64,000 nt of DNA from a bacterium (lineage in GTDB: Bacteria > Pseudomonadota > Alphaproteobacteria > Caulobacterales > Hyphomonadaceae). The number at the start of each line of letters is the position of its first letter. Within the stretch, counting starts at the first letter, position 1. Where the stretch lies: contig WGML01000009.1 in NCBI GenBank assembly GCA_016125045.1, forward strand, positions 117,206 through 181,205. Reading direction: 5' to 3'. The position numbers and the translations under genes are program-made. Of the stretch, positions 9,986 to 18,880 are shown piece after piece. The notes below the pieces were generated by a model. It had not been told where the DNA came from and did no database searches. It saw only the letters and a program-made list of their open reading frames with translations.

Positions 9986-10006
9986 GGGAAACCGTCTAGG
10001 TTTCCC
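9986..10006 (+). terminator. Possible terminator hairpin after the acyl-CoA dehydrogenase gene
   Basis: gggaaacc-gtcta-ggtttccc forms an 8-bp perfect stem. There is no clear U-tract. Confidence 0.35.
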
Positions 10007-10056
10007 CTTCGCGCCTCCAAACCGGAAAGGGGCGTTAATGCGGGGAGCAGCGAGCG

Positions 10057-10695
10057 ATGGCCTATCCGCCAGACTGGCGCCGAGTTTCGGACCCGTCCGC
10101 CGCGACGGAGCTGATGCGCCACCACCCCTTCGCTCACCTCGCGACGGCGCATTCGGGACTGCGGAGCACGCGGATTCCCTTCATCGCCGATGTTGAGGAT
10201 GGCAAGCCGGTGCGCCTCCGCGCGCATCTCAACGCACAGAACCCGCAGGTCGATGGCCTTGATGGACAGGACGCCCTCGTCACGTTCGCCGGGCGCGCCA
10301 CCTATGTCTCACCGAACTGGCGCACCGATCTCGCGCGCGCGGCCACCTATGACTACGAGGAGGTGCAGGTGCGCGGCGTCATTCGCGTGGTTCGCGACAT
10401 CGACTTCTTTCGTCAGCTCATCGACGATCTCTCGGCGATGATCGAGCCGCAATACGCCGACGTGGGGGACTATCCGGTTTGGAACACTTCGATGACGCCG
10501 CCGGGATATGTCGAACGCCTGTTTCCCGCCATCACTGCTTTTGAGGTGGTGATCCAGTCGGTCGAGATGATCTCCAAACTCCACCAGCACTTCCCGGAAG
10601 CCGACCGGCGGAGCATCGCAGACCACCTCGCACGGTCGGGTCGGGAGGACGCCCGCGCCATCGCCGACAAGATTCGCCGCCAGATCGGCGACTGA
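10057..10695 (+). CDS. FMN-binding negative transcriptional regulator (PaiB family)
   Basis: The length and the N-terminal HPFAHLAT...IPF pattern are typical of PaiB-like proteins. Confidence 0.75.
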   Translation: MAYPPDWRRVSDPSAATELMRHHPFAHLATAHSGLRSTRIPFIADVEDGKPVRLRAHLNAQNPQVDGLDGQDALVTFAGRATYVSPNWRTDLARAATYDYEEVQVRGVIRVVRDIDFFRQLIDDLSAMIEPQYADVGDYPVWNTSMTPPGYVERLFPAITAFEVVIQSVEMISKLHQHFPEADRRSIADHLARSGREDARAIADKIRRQIGD

Positions 10696-10796
10696 TCGCT
10701 CTGGCGTTCCGGCGCGGGGCGCATCTATCATCGCATCGACCAAGGTCGCGGCGTCGACGCCGCGACCGCCACTGACGCCCTCAAGGAGCCCCGCCC

Positions 10797-12035
10797 ATGC
10801 CCGAAGCCTGGATCATCGACGCCTGCCGCACCCCGCGCGGCATCGGCAAGGTCGGCAAGGGATCGCTCGCCGGCATCCATCCGCAACAGCTCGCGGCGAC
10901 CGTGCTGAAGGCCATCGCCGACCGCAACGAACTGAAGACCGCGGAGGTCGACGACATCATCTGGGGCACCTCCACCCAGAAGGGCAAGCAGGGCGCGGAC
11001 CTCGGACGCATGGCCGCGCTCGACGCCGGCTATGACGTGCGCGCCAGCGGCGTGACGCTCGACCGGTTCTGCGGCTCCGGCATCACCACCGTGAACATGG
11101 CCGCAGCGCAGATCATGTCCGGCATGGAGGATCTCGTGATCGCCGGCGGCACCGAGATGATGAGCTACACCGCCTCCATCGCGAGCCCGACCGAGCCGCC
11201 GATGATCGACGCCGGCAATCTGCGTCTGCGCGCCCGCCACCCGCAATCGCACCAGGGCGTGTGCGCGGACGCCATCGCGACGCTGGAGGGCATTTCCCGG
11301 GAGGCGGCGGACGATCTCGCCCTCGTCAGCCAGCAGCGCGCAGACGCGGCGATCCGCGGCGGCCATTTCGACCGCAGCCTCGTTGCGGTCCACCACGAGG
11401 ACGGATCGGTGGCGCTCGACCGCGAGGAATTCCCGCGTCCGCAGACCACGCGCGAAGGCCTCGCGGGCCTCAAGGCGTCGTTCGCGCAGATGGCGGACAT
11501 TCCGCTCGATGAGAAGGGCACGACCTATGGCGGCCTCATCCGTCAGGTCTACCCGGAGCTTGAGATCAACCACATCCACCATGCGGGGAACTCCTCCGGT
11601 GTGGTTGACGGGGCGGCGGCCGTCCTGCTCGCCTCGCCGGACTATGCGCGCAAGAACGGGCTGAAGCCGCGGGCGCGCATCGTCGCGACGGCCAATGTCG
11701 GCGACAGCCCGACGCTGATGCTGAATGCACCCGTGCCCGCCGCCCGCAAGGTGCTGGAAAAGGCCGGCCTCACCCTCGACGACATCGACCTGTTCGAGAT
11801 CAACGAGGCGTTCGCCGTGGTCGCCGAGAAGTTCATCCGCGACCTGAAACTCGACCGCGACAAGGTGAATGTGAACGGCGGAGCGATGGCGCTCGGCCAC
11901 CCGATCGGGGCGACGGGCTCGATCCTCATCGGCACGATCCTCGACGAGCTTGAGCGGCGCGACCTGAAGCGCGGCCTCGTCACGATGTGCGCGGCCGGCG
12001 GCATGGCCCCCGCGATCATTATCGAACGGGTGTGA
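10797..12035 (+). CDS. Acetyl-CoA C-acyltransferase (thiolase)
   Basis: RFCGSG active-site Cys context, NEAFA, and the C-terminal GGAMALGHPIGATG ... CAAGGMA motif. Confidence 0.92.
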   Translation: MPEAWIIDACRTPRGIGKVGKGSLAGIHPQQLAATVLKAIADRNELKTAEVDDIIWGTSTQKGKQGADLGRMAALDAGYDVRASGVTLDRFCGSGITTVNMAAAQIMSGMEDLVIAGGTEMMSYTASIASPTEPPMIDAGNLRLRARHPQSHQGVCADAIATLEGISREAADDLALVSQQRADAAIRGGHFDRSLVAVHHEDGSVALDREEFPRPQTTREGLAGLKASFAQMADIPLDEKGTTYGGLIRQVYPELEINHIHHAGNSSGVVDGAAAVLLASPDYARKNGLKPRARIVATANVGDSPTLMLNAPVPAARKVLEKAGLTLDDIDLFEINEAFAVVAEKFIRDLKLDRDKVNVNGGAMALGHPIGATGSILIGTILDELERRDLKRGLVTMCAAGGMAPAIIIERV

Positions 12036-12059
12036 GGGAACGAAGGGGCCCCGCGCCAG

Positions 12060-13118
12060 TTACTTCGCCGCGGCGGCTTTCGCCTCCTGGACGCGGGCGC
12101 CGCCGAGAATGCCCGGCATAGCGTAATTGCCCTCATGGCAGGCGTATTCATAAACCGGGCCCTCGGTCTTGTAGAAGCTGAGCTCGGCCTTCCACGGCTT
12201 GGAATAGTAATTCGGGTCCTCCACCTCGAACTGGTAGAAGATTTCATCCGCGCTGATGCGGGTGAAGCGCTCTTTCATCTTGCCCTCCGGCGAGAGCGGG
12301 ATCGACGAGGCGCTCGCCTGCTCGGGACGGACATTCTTGGTCTGGACGACGAGCGTGTCGCCCTCCCACCAGCCGACGCTGTCGCCAAGCCAGCGCGCCA
12401 TGACGCCCGGACGGTGTTTCTGCGTCGCCTCCGCCTCGCTCTTGAACAGCGGAACCACGCGCGCGTCGTGGTTCATCTCAACCAGCACCATGAGGTGATC
12501 GGGCGTCAGCACGAACTGGTAGGTGTTGTTGTACAGCACGCTCAGCATGCCCGGCCCGCCGGTGTTGCCGAAGCCGATCAGGCAGCGCTCCGGCAGGGGC
12601 GGCGCCTCCGGGCCTTCATTGCCGCCGACGCCGGTGACGTAGCGGATGCCGCCCGCCGTGCGGGCGCGCTGAACGGCGGCCGGGTCGCGCCATGGGATCG
12701 CGCCGCTCGGCGGATCGACGATGTAGGAGGTGCGGATCTCGCCCTTCACCTTGGCGAGCTGCTGGCCGGGATCGACCCAGAACGCGTCGTAGCCCTTGAG
12801 GCCGAAATCCTGGCTGCCCTTCGGCGGAGCCGGCGCATTCGGATCGGAGAAGGTGGGGTCGCCGGCGTCTTCCCGGCTGACGCCGGCGATCGACATGTTC
12901 TCCGCGATCTTCTGCGCCTCCTCGGGCGTGACGACCAGCTTGTCCACACCAGCCGGGCGGCTGAGGCCGGTGAGCGATCGGTTGGTCCAGATTCCGTTGA
13001 GATCGGGCTTGCCGGACGGCGTCACCGGCAGGTCCTCGGCGAACGCTGCGGGCGAAACGGCCAGCATCAGGGCGGCGACGGCCGAGCTGACCATGGGTGC
13101 GAAGCGATGCGCGGACAT
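12060..13118 (-). CDS. Secreted protein of unknown function, paralogue 2 of 4
   Basis: The ATG at 13118 follows an AAGGAGAG Shine-Dalgarno site. Signal peptide ...AALMLAVSPAAFA-E. Carries the ERCLIGFGNTGGPGM...YEYACHEGNYAMPGILGGARVQE blocks. Confidence 0.85.
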   Translation of the reverse strand: MSAHRFAPMVSSAVAALMLAVSPAAFAEDLPVTPSGKPDLNGIWTNRSLTGLSRPAGVDKLVVTPEEAQKIAENMSIAGVSREDAGDPTFSDPNAPAPPKGSQDFGLKGYDAFWVDPGQQLAKVKGEIRTSYIVDPPSGAIPWRDPAAVQRARTAGGIRYVTGVGGNEGPEAPPLPERCLIGFGNTGGPGMLSVLYNNTYQFVLTPDHLMVLVEMNHDARVVPLFKSEAEATQKHRPGVMARWLGDSVGWWEGDTLVVQTKNVRPEQASASSIPLSPEGKMKERFTRISADEIFYQFEVEDPNYYSKPWKAELSFYKTEGPVYEYACHEGNYAMPGILGGARVQEAKAAAAK

Positions 13119-13242
13119 TCTGGCTCTCCTTTCAGGTGCGGATATCGGTTTCGGGCGAATTCCCTGCATGACGCAACAAGGTCCACGACGCGGCGCGCCA
13201 TGGCAACACAAGGTGGTTCAAAACCGCGTGGGCGGAGGGGCC

Positions 13243-13281
13243 AGACCCTCGCCCCGGACCCTCGCCCCAGACCCTCACCCC
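13243..13281 (-). repeat. 13-nt tandem repeat, three copies (G-tract-rich on the minus strand)
   Basis: agaccctcgcccc / ggaccctcgcccc / agaccctcacccc. The repeat lies between the paralogue-3 stop and the paralogue-2 start. Confidence 0.8.
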
Positions 13282-13290
13282 GGCGATCGA

Positions 13291-14385
13291 CTAGCGCGCG
13301 CGCCCGGCATTCGCCGCCGCGGCTTCCTGAATCCGCGCGCCGCCCAGAATCCCCGGCATGGCGTAGTTGCCCTCATGGCAGGCGTATTCAAAGACATCCT
13401 CATCGGAGTCGTAGAAGCTGAGTTCGGCGGTCCACGGCCGGGTGTAGATAGTCGGATCCTCCACCGTGAAGGTGTAGAAGATCTCATGGTCGGAATAGCG
13501 GGTCAGCCGTTCCGTCACCTTGCCGCGCGGCGACAGCGGGATCGCACTCGCCCGCGCCTGCTCGGGGCGGACATTGATCGTCTCGATCACCAGCGTCGAT
13601 CCCTCATACCAGCCGACGGAATCACCAAGCCATGGCGTCATCACGTCCGGGCGGTGGTTGCGTCGCGCCTCCTCGGCCGAGGCGAAGGTCGGGATGATGC
13701 GCGCGTCGTGCACCATCTCGACGAGGATCATCACATGATCCGGTGCCTGAACGATGCGATGGGTGTTGTTGTAGAGCGTCGACAACATGCCGGGTCCGCC
13801 CGTATTCCCAAAACCGATGAGACACCGCTCGGCGAGACCGGTGGCCTCCGGGCCTTCATTCCCGCCGATCCCCGTCGCATACCGCGTCGCGCCGATCTGA
13901 CGCTGCCGCGCGATGCCCGCCGGATCGACGAACGGCACCTGCCCGTTCGGCGGATCGACGATGTAGGACGACCTGATCTCGCCCTTCACGAGCGCAAGTC
14001 GTTCACCCGGCGCGACCCAGAACTGGTCATAGGCCTTCACCCCGAAATCCGCGGCGCCGGCCTCCGGCGCCGGCGCGTCGGGATCGGAAATCGGCGGCGC
14101 GGGCCCGCCCTCGGCCGCGAACGCGCCGGCAATGGTCATCCGGCTGACGATGGCCTGCGCCTCGGCCTCGTCGACCACAAGTTTGGAGACGCCCGGCGGG
14201 CGGGTGAGGCCGGTGAGCGATGCGTTCGTCCACACCCCATTGAGATCGGTCGGAACGCCCGCCGAAGCATTCGTCCCGGACGCCGCCTCCGGCGCCCCTT
14301 GCGCCATGCAGGCCCCGGCCCCGAACACCATCAACGCCGCCACGGCCGCCACACCGCCCAATCCAGGCCGCCCGCCAAACCTCAT
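13291..14385 (-). CDS. Secreted protein of unknown function, paralogue 3 of 4
   Basis: The ATG at 14385 follows a GGAGGG Shine-Dalgarno site. Signal peptide MRFGGRPGLGGVAAVAALMVFGAGACMAQG. Most similar to paralogue 2, so this looks like a tandem duplication. Confidence 0.85.
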   Translation of the reverse strand: MRFGGRPGLGGVAAVAALMVFGAGACMAQGAPEAASGTNASAGVPTDLNGVWTNASLTGLTRPPGVSKLVVDEAEAQAIVSRMTIAGAFAAEGGPAPPISDPDAPAPEAGAADFGVKAYDQFWVAPGERLALVKGEIRSSYIVDPPNGQVPFVDPAGIARQRQIGATRYATGIGGNEGPEATGLAERCLIGFGNTGGPGMLSTLYNNTHRIVQAPDHVMILVEMVHDARIIPTFASAEEARRNHRPDVMTPWLGDSVGWYEGSTLVIETINVRPEQARASAIPLSPRGKVTERLTRYSDHEIFYTFTVEDPTIYTRPWTAELSFYDSDEDVFEYACHEGNYAMPGILGGARIQEAAAANAGRAR

Positions 14386-14641
14386 GGTTCCGCCCTCCAG
14401 TCGCCAAGCCCGCTTCCGGGTCTGCGTGGAGACTAGCGCGACAGGCCGCCGCAGCAAGTGCAATCCATCTCCGGCGAGCGACGGTATTGCGGTCGTCCGC
14501 CCGTTAGTTCCCGTGATTGTGTTCGGCGACTTCGCCCGGATGGTTGGATTCACCCGCCGAAGCGATTGCCTGACGCATGCGTAAATGGTTTCAATCGAAT
14601 CTGCGGCCGCAATCTGACGGTCGCCCAAAACGGAGGCAGAT

Positions 14642-15706
14642 TTGCGTCGTTCCCTCATGCTCGCCCTCGGTGCGGCTCTTGTCGCCGCTCCGGTCCTGAC
14701 ATCAGGCCAGACGGCCGCTTTCGGCCAGTCCGCCGAAGCCTACAAGGCGCCCCGCACGTCGTTCGGCCAGCCCGACATCATGGGCTACTGGACCAACAAC
14801 ACCCTCACCCCGCTCACCCGCCGCGCCAATGTGCGCGACCGGCTCGCCTACACCGAGGAGGAGGTGAAGAAGCTCGAAGGGGACGTTCTCATCGAGGTCG
14901 AGGAGGGCAACGCCCCGACCGACCCGGACGCCCCGGCTGACTTCCGCCAGGAGTCGACCGTCGTTCGCCCCGAATTCCAGGCGGCGGGCGGCGAAGTCGG
15001 CGGCTACAACCGGTTCTGGCTCGACCCCGGCAACCGCGTCATGCGCGTGAATGGCGAACCGCGGACCTCCCTGCTCACCACCGCCAATGGCCAGTTCCCG
15101 CAGCGCAAGCCCGACGCGACGCCGCCGCCCCGTTCGCCCCGTCCCGCGGGCGGACCGCTCGGCTCGTTCGACAGCTACGAGACCCGCTCGCTGGGTGAAC
15201 GCTGCGTCATCGGCTTCGGCCGGAATGGCGGCCCGCCGATGTTCCCGAACGGGTTCTACAACAACAACTACCACATCGTTCAGTCGCCCGACGCCGTGAT
15301 GATCGAAGTCGAGATGAACCACGACGCCCGGATCATCCGGCTCAACGCGCAGCACCGTCCCGGCGATGTGCGCCCCTATTTCGGCGACTCGATCGGCCGC
15401 TGGGAGGGCGAAACCCTCGTCATCGAGACGATCAACCTGCCGGAGTCGCAGCAGATCGCGGGCTCCTGGAAGGACCTCAAGGTCACCGAGCGGCTGACCC
15501 GCGTCGGCGAGAACCGTCTGCACTACGCTTTCACGATCGAGGACCCGACCCTCTGGGCCGAGCCCTTCGGCGGGGAGTATGAATTCTCGCCGCTGGACGG
15601 GCAGATCTATGAGTACGCCTGCCATGAGGGCAACTACGCCCTGCCAGGCATCCTGATCGGCGCGCGGGTCGAGGAAGGCGCCAAGCCGACCGGTTCGTCG
15701 CACTGA
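14642..15706 (+). CDS. Secreted protein of unknown function, paralogue 4 of 4
   Basis: The TTG at 14642 lies 5 nt after GGAGG; an alternative ATG is at 14657. Signal peptide LMLALGAALVAAPVLTSG. Carries ERCVIGFG...YEYACHEGNYALPGILIGARVEE. Confidence 0.8.
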   Translation: MRRSLMLALGAALVAAPVLTSGQTAAFGQSAEAYKAPRTSFGQPDIMGYWTNNTLTPLTRRANVRDRLAYTEEEVKKLEGDVLIEVEEGNAPTDPDAPADFRQESTVVRPEFQAAGGEVGGYNRFWLDPGNRVMRVNGEPRTSLLTTANGQFPQRKPDATPPPRSPRPAGGPLGSFDSYETRSLGERCVIGFGRNGGPPMFPNGFYNNNYHIVQSPDAVMIEVEMNHDARIIRLNAQHRPGDVRPYFGDSIGRWEGETLVIETINLPESQQIAGSWKDLKVTERLTRVGENRLHYAFTIEDPTLWAEPFGGEYEFSPLDGQIYEYACHEGNYALPGILIGARVEEGAKPTGSSH

Positions 15707-15915
15707 TCGGTCGACCCTCGACGCATTCGCGTCCCTTGCTTCAAGCGCCGCTCTCCTACGGGAGGGCGGCGCTCCTGTTTGAGGCCCCGCCCGCGCGATT
15801 GCGGGCGGCCTCGCGGCGAGTTCATCGAAACCCGGTCGCATGGCGCTGTTCGTAGTCGTCAGGTCTGATACACTCCCAAGCAGTGGACTTCGAACCATTC
15901 CAGAGGAACCCCGAC

Positions 15916-16191
15916 ATGAAGGGACTTGCACTGATCGCTCTCGCTGTCGCGGCGTCCGCGTGTGCGTCTCCGGCGACCGTGACAAAAACCAGGACGACGC
16001 TCGGCGAAGTAGACCTCACCGGCCTCGAATGCCGGCGCGAAACCGACGCCGGCAGCATCCGCGCCCGCACGATCTGCGCCGCTCCGGCGGACTGGGCGGC
16101 TTTTGAAGCCAGGTCGATCGAACGCACGCAGCGCCAGCTCGACGAAGCGGATCGCTACACCAACGTCTTCCAGTTCGGCCGCGGCCCCTGA
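15916..16191 (+). CDS. Small lipoprotein; paralogue of 2878..3135
   Basis: Lipobox MKGLALIALAVAASAC. Motif GLECRRETDAGSIRARTICAAPADWAAF. Confidence 0.6.
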   Translation: MKGLALIALAVAASACASPATVTKTRTTLGEVDLTGLECRRETDAGSIRARTICAAPADWAAFEARSIERTQRQLDEADRYTNVFQFGRGP

Positions 16192-16297
16192 TCCGGAGCA
16201 TTTGGGTCGGCGGTCAACTCCCCCCTTGCCGACCCGCGTCGCTTGCGCGCAAGCTGACAGCATGGCCGCCGACAAAAGCGGCAAGGGGAGGTTCGTC

Positions 16298-17182
16298 ATG
16301 ACCAGAAACAGAGATCATCGGCGCGGCGCGATCACGCGAACACTTCTGCTCTCAGGCGTCGCGGCGGTGCTGGCCGCCGCATGCGCAGCTTCGCCCGACC
16401 CGGACGTGGGGGCCGCCGCGCCACCCGCTCCGGCCGCCGTCGTCGCCGCGACCGCGCCTCCCGTCGCGGTGAGGCCGCCGACCGTGTCGCCTATTTCCGC
16501 CGCGGCGTATGAGACGCTGCTCGCGCACCCATCAAGGCCCGCAGCCGACCGCGCCGACGATCCCGCGCGCAAGCCCGCCGACGTGCTGGCCTTCGCCTCC
16601 ATCAGGCCGGGCGACACAGTGCTTGAGATGGAGGCCGGCCGGGGCTGGTATTCGGAAATCCTGTCGCGCGCGCTCGGCCCCGAGGGCAAGCTCATCGTCC
16701 AGTATCCGCCGGAATTCGCCTATGGCGGCCCGGCGTTCAAGGAGCGCACCGACGCCGGCGGCCTCAAGAATGCGCGCATCACCATCACGCATTTCGACAA
16801 GCTCGACGCGCCGGACGCATCGGTCGACCGGGTGTTGTGGATTCTGGGGCCGCACGAAATCTACTACACACCCAAGGACTCGGCTGGTCTCGGAACCGAG
16901 GCGGGAACCTACGCCGAGATCATGCGCGTTCTCAAACCGGGCGGGCAGTTCATCGCGATGGATCATGCCGCCAACGCCGGCGCCCCGTCGAGCACCGGCC
17001 AGACGATCCACCGCGTGGATCCCGCCATTGTCATCGCGGCGGCGGAACGCGCAGGACTGAAACTCACCGGCAAGAGCGACGTCCTCGCCAATCCGGACGA
17101 CGACCGGACGCTCATGGTGTTCAACCCCACCGTGCGCCGGCACACCGACCAGTTCCTGCTGCGCTTCATGAAACCCGCGTAA
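16298..17182 (+). CDS. Exported class I SAM-dependent methyltransferase-like protein (COG4798-like)
   Basis: The ATG at 16298 follows an AAGGGGAG Shine-Dalgarno site. Lipobox LLLSGVAAVLAAAC. The DTVLEMEAGRGWY segment matches the methyltransferase motif I region, followed by LKPGGQFIAMDH. Confidence 0.75.
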   Translation: MTRNRDHRRGAITRTLLLSGVAAVLAAACAASPDPDVGAAAPPAPAAVVAATAPPVAVRPPTVSPISAAAYETLLAHPSRPAADRADDPARKPADVLAFASIRPGDTVLEMEAGRGWYSEILSRALGPEGKLIVQYPPEFAYGGPAFKERTDAGGLKNARITITHFDKLDAPDASVDRVLWILGPHEIYYTPKDSAGLGTEAGTYAEIMRVLKPGGQFIAMDHAANAGAPSSTGQTIHRVDPAIVIAAAERAGLKLTGKSDVLANPDDDRTLMVFNPTVRRHTDQFLLRFMKPA

Positions 17183-17267
17183 CGAAGCACACCAAACTCG
17201 GCCCCGGCCTTTCGCTTCACGGCCTCGTGCGTTAACCATGGCGGTCAAAAGCTCTGGAGGGGCCGAC

Positions 17268-18092
17268 ATGACCATGACCAGCCTACGCGTCGTCTTGTTC
17301 GCGGGAGTATCCGCGTTCGCCGCAGCCGCCTGCCAGCCGGCCGCCGAAGCGCCGGCGCCAGCCGTTGAAACCGCGGCCGCCCCCGCGCCGGCCCCGGCGC
17401 CATTCGATTACGCCGCCCTCCTCTCCGCGCCGACCCGCCCGGCCGCCGACGCTGCGGACGACGCCGCGCGCAAGCCCGCCGAATTGCTCGCCTTCGCAGG
17501 GGTTCAGCCGGGCCACACCGTCGTCGAGATCGAGGCAGGAGCGGGTTATTTCACCGAACTCCTGTCCGGCGTCGTCGGGCCGACGGGCAAGGTGATCATG
17601 CAGAACCCGCCGGAGTTCGACGCTTTCGCCGGAGAAGCCGTCGCCGCCCGGCTCGCCGACAACCGGCTTGGCAATGTCGTCCTGTCGAAGACGCATTTCG
17701 ACGTCATCGAGGCGCCGGACGCCTCCGTCGATGTGGTGACCTGGATGCTCGGGCCGCACGAGCTGTTCTTCAAGCCGGAGGGCGTTGAGTCGCTCGGTGA
17801 TCCGACACGGTCGTATGCGGAGATCTTCCGGGTGCTGAAGCCGGGCGGGAGTTTCGTCGTGCTCGACCATGCCGCGGCCGCCGGCGCGCCGCCGGAGACC
17901 GGCAACACGCTGCACCGGATCGACCCCGCGCTCGTCGAGCAGGCGGCGGCCGCGGCCGGGTTCACGACCGCCGAGTCGAGCCCGCTGCTCGCCAACCCGG
18001 CCGATGACCACACCCTCGGCGTGTTCGATCCCGCCATCCGGCGCAAGACCGACCAGTTCCTGATCAAGTTCGTGAAACCGGCGGCCGCCTGA
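17268..18092 (+). CDS. Exported class I SAM-dependent methyltransferase-like protein; tandem paralogue
   Basis: Lipobox VLFAGVSAFAAAAC. HTVVEIEAGAGYF ... LKPGGSFVVLDH. Colinear with the 16298 ORF. Confidence 0.75.
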   Translation: MTMTSLRVVLFAGVSAFAAAACQPAAEAPAPAVETAAAPAPAPAPFDYAALLSAPTRPAADAADDAARKPAELLAFAGVQPGHTVVEIEAGAGYFTELLSGVVGPTGKVIMQNPPEFDAFAGEAVAARLADNRLGNVVLSKTHFDVIEAPDASVDVVTWMLGPHELFFKPEGVESLGDPTRSYAEIFRVLKPGGSFVVLDHAAAAGAPPETGNTLHRIDPALVEQAAAAAGFTTAESSPLLANPADDHTLGVFDPAIRRKTDQFLIKFVKPAAA

Positions 18093-18124
18093 TCGTCAGA
18101 CCGACCGAGGCCCCGCGACCGCTC

Positions 18125-18155
18125 CGCCCGCCCTGTTCGACAGGGCGGGCGTTTT
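18125..18155 (+). terminator. Rho-independent terminator
   Basis: cgcccgccctg-ttcga-cagggcgggcg followed by tttt. Confidence 0.75.
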
Positions 18156-18330
18156 GCGTCTGACTGCGCGTTTGCTGATGCGATCTTGGCGGGCATTTGA
18201 CCTGGATCATCGCGGCGGCGGGTGTCGGGCGCGATGATGCAGCGACGCTGACTTGCGGGCCTCCGCGCTTCAGGAATTGGGCCGGATGCGGGTCGCAGGC
18301 GGCGCCGGAACCAGCATCATGGAGCTAGTC

Positions 18331-18795
18331 ATGACTTCTCGCGATTTGGGGCGTCCTTTTCTCGATCAGCTTGGCGCACCCGCTCTCACCTACCCGTTCG
18401 GCGGACAGCTCGACCGCCTGTTCGCCGATTTTCTCGGTCATCGGGCGACCAGCCCGGAGGGCTTCCGTCCGGCGTTCGACGTCTCGGAGACCGACGCCGC
18501 CGTTCTGATCCGCGCGGATCTGCCGGGCGTCTCGCAAGAGGATGTCGAACTCACCGTCGAGGACGATGTGATCACAGTCCGGGGCGAACGTAAGTCCGAA
18601 AGCCGGGAGGAGAAGGAGAACTCCCTGCTGGTCGAGCGGTCGTGGGGCGGGTTTCAGCGCGCACTCCGTCTGCCCTTCCGGCCCGGTGAAAAGGCTGTGA
18701 AGGAGGTCTTCAAGGACGGCGTGCTCAACATCACGGTCGACAAGCCCAAAGAGAAGACGCCGCGCAGCAACCAGATACCGATCCAGAAGATGTAG
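18331..18795 (+). CDS. Hsp20/alpha-crystallin small heat-shock protein
   Basis: Alpha-crystallin domain: PAFDVSETDAAVLIRADLPGVSQEDVELTVEDDVITVRGERK...FQRALRLPF...GVLNITV. Alternative start at 18319. Confidence 0.88.
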   Translation: MTSRDLGRPFLDQLGAPALTYPFGGQLDRLFADFLGHRATSPEGFRPAFDVSETDAAVLIRADLPGVSQEDVELTVEDDVITVRGERKSESREEKENSLLVERSWGGFQRALRLPFRPGEKAVKEVFKDGVLNITVDKPKEKTPRSNQIPIQKM

Positions 18796-18880
18796 CGCCG
18801 GGAGCGCCGCGGCGTCGATCGATCGGGAGGGCGTCGCCGCCCTCTCGATCCGGCGACGGGCTTCTGGTAGATATTCGGGC

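Noticed and set aside
13243-13281. CRISPR-like array
   Set aside because: There are only three contiguous 13-nt units with no spacers. No other regularly spaced repeat array or cas gene is visible anywhere in the window.
12135-14436. Two long plus-strand ORFs (12135-13421 and 12796-14436)
   Set aside because: They are antisense to secreted-family paralogues 2 and 3. Those two genes have signal peptides, Shine-Dalgarno sites and four-way conservation. The plus-strand frames have none of these.
18156-18330. ROSE-type RNA thermometer or sigma-32 promoter upstream of hsp20
   Set aside because: A CTTG...ATCAT arrangement and some pairing potential with the Shine-Dalgarno site exist. I could not find the conserved ROSE U(U/C)GCU anti-SD hairpin or a convincing -10 element, so this remains unverified.
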